Position numbers and translations under genes: made by a program. 64,000 nt of DNA from Eledone cirrhosa. Its lineage: Eukaryota. This document shows, in pieces, positions 25,991 to 37,700 of the stretch (the first letter of the stretch is position 1; each line of letters begins with the position of its first letter). The stretch is from NCBI GenBank assembly GCA_964016885.1, contig OZ024758.1, forward strand, positions 35,154,001 to 35,218,000. Direction: 5' to 3'. The notes below the pieces were generated by a model. That model ran no database searches. It saw nothing but the letters and a program-made list of their open reading frames with translations, and was not told the DNA's origin.

Positions 25991-28700
25991 AGAATTCATT
26001 TAAGTTCATGGTACTAGCTGTCAGAAGTAACTCCAATGTTGGTGAGAATTCATTTAAATTCATGGTATTAGCTGTCAGAAGTAACTCCACTGTTGGTGAG
26101 AATTCATTTAAGTTCATGGTACTAGCTGTCAGAAGCAACTCCACTGTTGGTGAGAATTCATTTAAGTTCATGGTATTAGCTGTCAGAAGTAACTCCACTG
26201 TTGGTGAGAATTCATTTAAGTTCATGGTACTAGCTGTCAAAAGTAACCCCAATGTTGGTGAGAATTCATTTAAGTTCATGGTATTAGCTGTCAGAAGTCA
26301 CTCCAATGTTGGTGAGAATTCATTTATGTTCATGGTATTAGCTGTCAGAGGTAACTCCACTGTTGGTGAGAATTCATTTAAGTTCATGGTACTAGCTGTC
26401 AGAAGTAACTCCACTGTTGGTGAGAATTCATTTAAGTTCATGGTACTAGCTGTCAGAAGGAACTCCACTGTTGGTGAGAATTCATTTAAGTTCATGGTAT
26501 TAGCTGTCAGAAGTAACTCCACTGTTGGTGAGAATTCATTTAAGTCATGGTATTAGCTGTCAGAAGTAACTCCATTGTTGGTGAGAATTCATTTAAGTCA
26601 TGGTACTAGCTGTCAGAAGTAACTCCACTGTTGGTGAGAATTCATTTAAGTTCATGGTACTAGCTGTCAGAAGTAACTCCAATGTTGGTGAGAATTCATT
26701 TAAGTCATGGTACTAGCTGTCAGAAGTAACTCCACTGTTGGTGAGAATTCATTTAAGTTCATGGTATTAGCTGTCGGAAGGAACTCCACTGTTGGTGAGA
26801 ATTCATTTAAGTCATGGTATTAGCTGTCAGAAGTAACTCCATTGTTGGTGAGAATTCATTTAAGTCATGGTACTAGCTGTCAGAAGTAACTCCACTGTTG
26901 GTGAGAATTCATTTAAGTTCATTGTACTAGCTGTCAGAAGTAACTCCACTGTTGGTGAGAATTCATTTAAGTTCATTGTACTAGCTGTCAGAAGTAACTC
27001 CACTGTTGGTGAGAATTCATTTAAGTCATGGTATTAGCTGTCAGAAGTAACTCCATTGTTGGTGAGAATTCATTTAAGTCATGGTACTAGCTGTCAGAAG
27101 TAACTCCACTGTTGGTGAGAATTCATTTAAGTTCATGGTATTAGCTGTCAGAAGGAACTCCACTGTTGGTGAGAATTCATTTATGTTCATGGTATTAGCT
27201 GTCAGAAGTAACTCCACTGTTGGTGAGAATTCATTTAAGTTCATGGTACTAGCTGTCAGAAGTAACTCCACTGTTGGTGAGAATTCATTTAAGTTCATGG
27301 TACTAGCTGTCAGAAGGAACTCCACTGTTGGTGAGAATTCATTTAAGTTCATGGTATTAGCTGTCAGAAGTAACTCCAATGTTGGTGAGAATTCATTTAA
27401 GTCATGGTATTAGCTGTCAGAAGGAACTCCACTGTTGGTGAGAATTCATTTAAGTTCATGGTATTAGCTGTCAGAAGTAACTCCAATGTTGGTGAGAATT
27501 CATTTAAGTTCATGGTATTAGCTGTCAGAAGTAACTCCACTGTTGGTGAGAATTCATTTAAGTTCATGGTATTAGCTGTCAGAAGTAACTCCACTGTTGG
27601 TGAGAATTCATTTAAGTTCATGGTACTAGCTGTCAGAAGTAACTCCACTGTTGGTGAGAATTCATTTAAGTTCATGGTACTAGCTGTCAGAAGTAACCCC
27701 AATGTTAGTGAGAATTCATTTAAGTTCATGGTATTAGCTGTCAGAAGTCACTCCACTGTTGGTGAGAATTCATTTAAGTTCATGGTATTAGCTGTCAGAA
27801 GTAACTCCACTGTTGGTGAGAATTCATTTAAGTTCATGGTATTAGCTGTCAGAAGTAACTCCACTGTTGGTGAGAATTCATTTAAGTTCATGGTATTAGC
27901 TGTCAGAAGTAACTCCACTGTTGGTGAGAATTCATTTAAGTTCATGGTACTAGCTGTCAGAAGTAACGCCACTGTTGGTGAGAATTCATTTAAGTTCATG
28001 GTATTAGCTGTCAGAAGTAACTCCACTGTTGGTGAGAATTCATTTAAGTCATGGTATTAGCTGTCAGAAGTAACTCCATTGTTGGTGAGAATTCATTTAA
28101 GTCATGGTACTAGCTGTCAGAAGTAACTCCACTGTTGGTGAGAATTCATTTAAGTTCATGGTACTAGCTGTCAGAAGTAACTCCACTGTTGGTGAGAATT
28201 CATTTAAGTTCATGGTACTAGCTGTCAGAAGTAACTCCAATGTTGGTGAGAATTCATTTAAGTCATGGTACTAGCTGTCAGAAGTCACTCCACTGTTGGT
28301 GAGAATTCATTTAAGTTCATGGTATTAGCTGTCAGAAGGAACTCCACTGTTGGTGAGAATTCATTTAAATTCATGGTATTAGCTGTCAGAAGTAACTCCA
28401 CTGTTGGTGAGAATTCATTTAAGTTCATGGTACTAGCTGTCGGAAGGAACTCCAATGTTGGTGAGAATTCATTTAAGTTCATGGTATTAGCTGTCAGAAG
28501 TAACTCCACTGTTGGTGAGAATTCATTTAAGTTCATGGTATTAGCTGTCAGAAGTAACTCCACTGTTGGTGAGAATTCATTTAAGTTCATGGTACTAGCT
28601 GTCAGAAGTAACTCCACTGTTGGTGAGAATTCGTTTAAGTTCATGGTAGTAGCTGTCAGAAGTAACCCCAATGTTGGTGAGAACACATTTAAGTTCATGG
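22930..28700. repeat. Third partial copy of the same block, period 3,389 bp (63 monomers)
   Basis: ORF pairs 23692/27081, 24015/27404 and 24876/28265 are offset by 3389. The GAACAC marker lies at 25292 and 28681. Confidence 0.88.
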
Positions 28701-31700
28701 TATTAGCTGTCAGAAGTAACTCCACTGTTGGTGAGAATTCATTTAAGTTCATGGTATTAGCTGTCAGAAGTAACTCCAATGTTGGTGAGAATTCATTTAA
28801 GTTCATGGTATTAGCTGTCAGAAGTAACTCCACTGTTGGTGAGAATTCATTTAAGTTCATGGTATTAGCTGTCAGAAGTAACTCCACTGTTGGTGAGAAT
28901 TCATTTAAGTTCATGGTATTAGCTGTCAGAAGTAACTCCACTGTTGGTGAGAATTCATTTAAGTTCATGGTATTAGCTGTCAGAAGTAACTCCACTGTTG
29001 GTGAGAATTCATTTAAGTTCATGGTACTAGCTGTCAGAAGTAACTCCACTGTTGGTGAGAATTCATTTAAGTTCATGGTATTAGCTGTCAGAAGTAACTC
29101 CACTGTTGGTGAGAATTCATTTAAGTCATGGTATTAGCTGTCAGAAGTAACTCCATTGTTGGTGAGAATTCAATTAAGTCATGGTACTAGCTGTCAGAAG
29201 TAACTCCACTGTTGGTGAGAATTCATTTAAGTTCATGGTACTAGCTGTCAGAAGTAACTCCACTGTTGGTGAGAATTCATTTAAGTTCATGGTACTAGCT
29301 GTCAGAAGTAACTCCAATGTTGGTGAGAATTCATTTAAATTCATGGTATTAGCTGTCAGAAGTAACTCCACTGTTGGTGAGAATTCATTTAAGTTCATGG
29401 TACTAGCTGTCAGAAGCAACTCCACTGTTGGTGAGAATTCATTTAAGTTCATGGTATTAGCTGTCAGAAGTAACTCCACTGTTGGTGAGAATTCATTTAA
29501 GTTCATGGTACTAGCTATCAGAAGTAACCCCAATGTTGGTGAGAATTCATTTAAGTTCATGGTATTAGCTGTCAGAAGTCACTCCAATGTTGGTGAGAAT
29601 TCATTTAAGTTCATGGTATTAGCTGTCAGAAGTCACTCCACTGTTGGTGAGAATTCATTTAAGTTCATGGTACTAGCTGTCAGAAGTAACCCCAATGTTG
29701 GTGAGAATTCATTTAAGTTCATGGTATTAGCTGTCAGAAGTTACTCCAATGTTGGTGAGAATTCATTTAAGTTCATGGTATTAGCTGTCAGAAGTAACTC
29801 CACTGTTGGTGAGAATTCATTTAAGTTAATGGTATTAGCTGTCAGAAGTAACTCCACTGTTGGTGAGAATTCATTTAAGTTCATGGTATTAGCTGTCAGA
29901 AGGAACTCCAATGTTGGTGAGAATTCATTTAAGTCATGGTACTAGCTGTCAGAAGTAACTCCACTGTTGGTGAGAATTCATTTAAGTTCATGGTATTAGC
30001 TGTCAGAAGGAACGCCACTGTTGGTGAGAATTCATTTAAGTTCATGGTACTAGCTGTCAGAAGTAACTCCAATGTTGGTGAGAATTCATTTATGTTCATG
30101 GTATTAGCTGTCAGAAGTAACTCCACTGTTGGTGAGAATTCATTTAAGTTCATGGTATTAGCTGTCAGAAGTAACTCCACTGTTGGTGAGAATTCATTTA
30201 AGTCATGGTATTAACTGTCAGAAGTAACTCCATTGTTGGTGAGAATTCATTTAAGTCATGGTACTAGCTGTCAGAAGTAACTCCACTGTTGGTGAGAATT
30301 CATTTAAGTTCATGGTACTAGCTGTCAGAGGTAACTCCACTGTTGGTGAGAATTCATTTAAGTTCATGGTACTAGCTGTCAGAAGTAACTCCAATGTTGG
30401 TGAGAATTCATTTAAATTCATGGTATTAGCTGTCAGAAGTAACTCCACTGTTGGTGAGAATTCATTTAAGTTCATGGTACTAGCTGTCAGAAACAACTCC
30501 ACTGTTGGTGAGAATTCATTTAAGTTCATGGTATTAGCTGTCAGAAGTAACTCCACTGTTGGTGAGAATTCATTTAAGTTCATGGTACTAGCTGTCAGAA
30601 GTAACCCCAATGTTGGTGAGAATTCATTTAAGTTCATGGTATTAGCTGTCAGAAGTCACTCCAATGTTGGTGAGAATTCATTTAAGTTCATGGTATTAGC
30701 TGTCAGAAGTCACTCCACTGTTGGTGAGAATTCATTTAAGTTCATGGTACTAGCTGTCAGAAGTAACCCCAATGTTGGTGAGAATTCATTTAAGTTCATG
30801 GTATTAGCTGTCAGAAGTTACTCCAATGTTGGTGAGAATTCATTTAAGTTCATGGTATTAGCTGTCAGAAGTAACTCCACTGTTGGTGAGGATTTCATTT
30901 AAGTTCATGGTATTAGCTGTCAGAAGTAACTCCACTGTTGGTGAGAATTCATTTAAGTTCATGGTATTAGCTGTCAGAAGGAACTCCAATGTTGGTGAGA
31001 ATTCATTTAAGTCATGGTACTAGCTGTCAGAAGTAATTCCACTGTTGGTGAGAATTCATTTAAGTTCATGGTATTAGCTGTCAGAAGGAACGCCACTGTT
31101 GGTGAGAATTCATTTAAGTTCATGGTACTAGCTGTCAGAAGTAACTCCAATGTTGGTGAGAATTCATTTATGTTCATGGTATTAGCTGTCAGAAGTAACT
31201 CCACTGTTGGTGAGAATTCATTTAAGTTCATGGTACTAGCTGTCAGAAGTAACTCCACTGTTGGTGAGAATTCATTTAAGTCATGGTATTAGCTGTCAGA
31301 AGTAACTCCATTGTTGGTAAGAATTCATTTAAGTCATGGTACTAGCTGTCAGAAGTAACTCCACTGTTGGTGAGAATTCATTTAAGTTCATGGTATTAGC
31401 TGTCAGAAGTAACTCCACTGTTGGTGAGAATTCATTTAAGTTCATGGTATTAGTTGTCAGAAGTAACTCCACTGTTGGTGAGAATTCATTTAAGTCATGG
31501 TATTAGTTGTCAGAAGTAACTCCAATGTTGGTGAGAATTCATTTAAGTTCATGGTTCTAGCTGTCAGAAGTAACTCCACTGTTGGTGAGAATTCATTTAA
31601 GTTCATGGTATTAGCTGTCAGAAGTAACTCCATTGTTGGTGGGAATTCATTTAAGTCATGGTACTAGCTGTCAGAAGTAACTCCACTGTTGGTGAGAATT

Positions 31701-34700
31701 CATTTAAGTTCATGGTATTAGCTGTCAGAAGTAACTCCTCTGTTGGTGAGAATTCATTTAAGTCATGGTATTAGCTGTCAGAAGTAACTCCAATGTTGGT
31801 GAGAATTCATTGAAGTCATGGTACTAGCTGTCAGAAGTAACACCAATGTTGGTGAGAATTCAGTTAAGTTCATGGTATTAGCTGTCAGAAGGATCTCCAA
31901 TGTTGGTGAGAATTCATTTAAGTTCATGGTATTAGTTGTCAGAAGTAACCCCACTGTTGGTGAGAATTCATTTAAGTTCATGGTATTAGCTGTCAGAAGT
32001 AACTCCACTGTTGGTGAGAATTCATTTAAGTTCATGGTATTAGCTGTCAGAAGTAACTCCACTGTTGGTGAGAATTCATTTAAGTTCATGGTATTAGCTG
32101 TCAGAAGGAACTCCAATGTTGGTGAGAATTCATTTAAGTCATGGTACTAGCTGTCAGAAGTAACTCCACTGTTGGTGAGAATTCATTTAAGTTCATGGTA
32201 TTAGCTGTCAGAAGGAACGCCACTGTTGGTGAGAATTCATTTAAGTTCATGGTATTAGCTGTCAGAAGTAACTCCACTGTTGGTGAGAATTCATTTAAGT
32301 TCATGGTACTAGTTGTCAGAAGTAACTCCACTGTTGGTGAGAATTCATTTAAGTTCATGGTATTAGTTGTCAAAAGTAACTCCACTGTTGGTGAGAATTC
32401 ATTTAAGTCATGGTATTTGTTGTCAGAAGTAACTCCAATGTTGGTGAGAATTCATTTAAGTTCATGGTTCTAGCTGTCAGAAGTAACTCCACTGTTGGTG
32501 AGAATTCATTTAAGTTCATGGTATTAGCTGTCAGAAGTAACTCCACTGTTGGTGAGAGTTCATTTAAGTCATGGTATTAGCTGTCAGAAGTAACTCCATT
32601 GTTGGTGAGAATTCATTTAAGTCATGGTACTAGCTGTCAGAAGTAACTCCACTGTTGGTGAGAATTCATTTAAGTTCATGGTATTAGCTGTCAGAAGGAA
32701 CTCCACTGTTGGTGAGAATACATTTAAGTTCATGGTACTAGCTGTCAGAAGTAACTCCACTGTTGGTGAGAATTCATTTAAGTTCATGGTATTAGTTTGT
32801 CAGAAGTAACTCCACTGTTGGTGAGAATTCATTTAATTCATGGTATTAGTTGTCAGAACTAACTCCAATGTTGGTGAGAATTCATTTAAGTCATGGTACT
32901 AGCTGTCAGAAGTAAGTCCAATGTTGGTGAGAATTCATTTAAGTTCATGGTATTAGCTGTCAGAAGGAACTCCACTGTTGGTGAGAATTCATTTAAGTTC
33001 ATGGTATTAGCTGTCAGAAGTAACTCCACTGTTGGCGAGAATTCATTTAAGTTCATGGTACTAGCTGTCAGAAGTAACTCCAATGTTGGTGAGAATTCAT
33101 TTAAGTTCATGGTATTAGCTGTCAGAAGTAACTCCACTGTTGGTGAGAATTCATTTAAGTCATGGTATTAGCTGTCAGAAGTAACTCCAATGTTGGTGAG
33201 AATTCATTTAAGTTCATGGTACTAGCTGTCAGAAGTAACTCCACTGTTGGTGAGAATTCATTTAAGTTCATGGTATTAGTTTGTCAGAAGTAACTCCACT
33301 GTTGGTGAGAATTCATTTAAGTCATGGTATTAGTTGTCAGAAGTTTACTCCAATGTTGGTGAGAATTCATTTAAGTTCATGGTACTAGCTGTCAGAAGTA
33401 ACTCCACTGTTGGTGAGAATTCATTTAAGTTCATGGTATTAGCTGTCAGAAGTAACTCCACTGTTGGTGAGAATTCATTTAAGTTCATGGTACTAGCTGT
33501 CAGAAGTAACTCCAATGTTGGTGAGAATTCATTTAAGTTCATGGTATTAGCTGTCAGAAGGAACTCCACCGTTGGTGAGAATTCATTTAAGTTCATGGTA
33601 TTAGCTCTCAGAAGTAACTCCACTGTTGGTGAGAATTCATTTAAGTTCATGGTACTAGTTGTCAGAAGTAACTCCACTGTTGGTGAGAATTCATTTAAGT
33701 TCATGGTACTAGCTGTCAGAAGTAACTCCACTGTTGGTGAGAATTCATTTAAGTTCATGGTATTAGTTTGTCAGAAGTAACTCCACTGTTGGTGAGAATT
33801 CATTTAATTCATGGTATTAGTTGTCAGAAGTAACTCCAATGTTGGTGAGAATTCATTTAAGTCATGGTACTAGCTGTCAGAAGTAACTCCAATGTTGGTG
33901 AGAATTCATTTAAGTTCATGGTATTAGCTGTCAGAAGGAACTCCACTGTTGGTGAGAATTCATTTAAGTTCATGGTATTAGCTGTCAGAAGTAACTCCAC
34001 TGTTGGTGAGAATTCATTTAAGTTCATGGTACTGGCTGTCAGAAGTAACTCCAATGTTGGTGGGAATTCATTTAAGTTCATGGTATTAGCTGTCAGAAGT
34101 AACTCCACTGTTGGTGAGAATTCATTTAAGTCATGGTATTAGCTGTCAGAAGTAACTCCAATGTTGGTGAGAATTCATTTAAGTTCATGGTATTAGCTGT
34201 CAGAAGTAACTCCACTGTTGGTGAGAATTGATTTAAGTTCATGGTACTAGCTGTCAGAAGTAACTCCACTGTTGGTGAGAATTCATTTAAGTTCATGGTA
34301 TTAGTTTGTCAGAAGTAACTCCACTGTTGGTGAGAATTCATTTAAGTCATGGTATTAGTTGTCAGAAGTTTACTCCAATGTTGGTGAGAATTCATTTAAT
34401 TTCATGGTACTAGCTGTCAGAAGTAACTCCACTGTTGGTGAGAATTCATTTAAGTTCATGGTATTAGCTGTCAGAAGTAACTCCACTGTTGGTGAGAATT
34501 CATTTAAGTTCATGGTATTAGTTGTCAGAAGTAACTCCACTGTTGGTGAGAATTAATTTAAGTCATGGTATTAGTTGTCAGAAGTAACTCCAATGTTGGT
34601 GAGAATTCATTTAAGTTCATGGTATTAGCTGTCAGAAGTAACTCCACTGTTGGTGAGAATTCATTTAAGTTCATGGTATTAGCTGTCAGAAGTAACTCCA

Positions 34701-37700
34701 CTGTTGGTGAGAATTCATTTAAGTTCATGGTATTAGCTGTCAGAAGGAACTCCAATGTTGGTGAGAATTCATTTAAGTCATGGTACTAGCTGTCAGAAGT
34801 AACTCCACTGTTGGTGAGAATTCATTTAAGTTCATGGTATTAGTTGTCAGAAGTAACTCCAATGTTGGTGAGAATTCATTTAAGTCATGGTACTAGCTGT
34901 CAGAAGTAACTCCAATGTTGGTGAGAATTCATTTAAGTTCATGGTATTAGCTGTCAGAAGGAACTCCACTGTTGGTGAGAATTCATTTAAGTTCATGGTA
35001 CTAGCTGTCAGAGGTAACTCCACTGTTGGTGAGAATTCATTTAAGTTCATGGTACTAGCTGTCAGAAGTAACTCCAATGTTGGTGAGAATTCATTTAAAT
35101 TCATGGTATTAGCTGTCAGAAGTAACTCCACTGTTGGTGAGAATTCATTTAAGTTCATGGTACTAGCTGTCAGAAGCAACTCCACTGTTGGTGAGAATTC
35201 ATTTAAGTTCATGGTATTAGCTGTCAGAAGTAACTCCACTGTTGGTGAGAATTCATTTAAGTTCATGGTACTAGCTGTCAGAAGTAACCCCAATGTTGGT
35301 GAGAATTCATTTAAGTTCATGGTATTAGCTGTCAGAAGTCACTCCAATGTTGGTGAGAATTCATTTAAGTTCATGGTATTAGCTGTCAGAAGTCACTCCA
35401 CTGTTGGTGAGAATTCATTTAAGTTCATGGTACTAGCTGTCAGAAGTAACCCCAATGTTGGTGAGAATTCATTTAAGTTCATGGTATTAGCTGTCAGAAG
35501 TTACTCCAATGTTGGTGAGAATTCATTTAAGTTCATGGTATTAGCTGTCAGAAGTAACTCCACTGTTGGTGAGAATTCATTTAAGTTCATGGTATTAGCT
35601 GTCAGAAGTAACTCCACTGTTGGTGAGAATTCATTTAAGTTCATGGTATTAGCTGTCAGAAGGAACTCCAATGTTGGTGAGAATTCATTTAAGTCATGGT
35701 ACTAGCTGTCAGAAGTAACTCCACTGTTGGTGAGAATTCATTTAAGTTCATGGTATTAGCTGTCAGAAGGAACGCCACTGTTGGTGAGAATTCATTTAAG
35801 TTCATGGTACTAGCTGTCAGAAGTAACTCCAATGTTGGTGAGAATTCATTTATGTTCATGGTATTAGCTGTCAGAAGTAACTCCACTGTTGGTGAGAATT
35901 CATTTAAGTTCATGGTACTAGCTGTCAGAAGTAACTCCACTGTTGGTGAGAATTCATTTAAGTCATGGTATTAGCTGTCAGAAGTAACTCCATTGTTGGT
36001 AAGAATTCATTTAAGTCATGGTACTAGCTGTCAGAAGTAACTCCACTGTTGGTGAGAATTCATTTAAGTTCATGGTATTAGCTGTCAGAAGTAACTCCAC
36101 TGTTGGTGAGAATTCATTTAAGTTCATGGTATTAGTTGTCAGAAGTAACTCCACTGTTGGTGAGAATTCATTTAAGTCATGGTATTAGTTGTCAGAAGTA
36201 ACTCCAATGTTGGTGAGAATTCATTTAAGTTCATGGTTCTAGCTGTCAGAAGTAACTCCACTGTTGGTGAGAATTCATTTAAGTTCATGGTATTAGCTGT
36301 CAGAAGTAACTCCACTGTTGGTGAGAATTCATTTAAGTCATGGTATTAGATGTCAGAAGTAACTCCATTGTTGGTGGGAATTCATTTAAGTCATGGTACT
36401 AGCTGTCAGAAGTAACTCCACTGTTGGTGAGAATTCATTTAAGTTCATGGTATTAGCTGTCAGAAGGAACTCCTCTGTTGGTGAGAATTCATTTAAGTCA
36501 TGGTATTAGCTGTCAGAAGTAACTCCAATGTTGGTGAGAATTCATTGAAGTCATGGTACTAGCTGTCAGAAGTAACACCAATGTTGGTGAGAATTCAGTT
36601 AAGTTCATGGTATTAGCTGTCAGAAGGATCTCCAATGTTGGTGAGAATTCATTTAAGTTCATGGTATTAGTTGTCAGAAGTAACCCCACTGTTGGTGAGA
36701 ATTCATTTAAGTTCATGGTATTAGCTGTCAGAAGTAACTCCACTGTTGGTGAGAATTCATTTAAGTTCATGGTATTAGCTGTCAGAAGTAACTCCACTGT
36801 TGGTGAGAATTCATTTAAGTTCATGGTATTAGCTGTCAGAAGGAACTCCAATGTTGGTGAGAATTCATTTAAGTCATGGTACTAGCTGTCAGAAGTAACT
36901 CCACTGTTGGTGAGAATTCATTTAAGTTCATGGTATTAGCTGTCAGAAGGAACGCCACTGTTGGTGAGAATTCATTTAAGTTCATGGTATTAGCTGTCAG
37001 AAGTAACTCCACTGTTGGTGAGAATTCATTTAAGTTCATGGTACTAGTTGTCAGAAGTAACTCCACTGTTGGTGAGAATTCATTTAAGTTCATGGTATTA
37101 GTTGTCAAAAGTAACTCCACTGTTGGTGAGAATTCATTTAAGTCATGGTATTTGTTGTCAGAAGTAACTCCAATGTTGGTGAGAATTCATTTAAGTTCAT
37201 GGTTCTAGCTGTCAGAAGTAACTCCACTGTTGGTGAGAATTCATTTAAGTTCATGGTATTAGCTGTCAGAAGTAACTCCACTGTTGGTGAGAATTCATTT
37301 AAGTCATGGTATTAGCTGTCAGAAGTAACTCCATTGTTGGTGAGAATTCATTTAAGTCATGGTACTAGCTGTCAGAAGTAACTCCACTGTTGGTGAGAGT
37401 TCATTTAAGTCATGGTATTAGCTGTCAGAAGTAACTCCATTGTTGGTGAGAATTCATTTAAGTCATGGTACTAGCTGTCAGAAGTAACTCCACTGTTGGT
37501 GAGAATTCATTTAAGTTCATGGTATTAGCTGTCAGAAGGAACTCCACTGTTGGTGAGAATACATTTAAGTTCATGGTACTAGCTGTCAGAAGTAACTCCA
37601 CTGTTGGTGAGAATTCATTTAAGTTCATGGTATTAGTTTGTCAGAAGTAACTCCACTGTTGGTGAGAATTCATTTAATTCATGGTATTAGTTGTCAGAAC

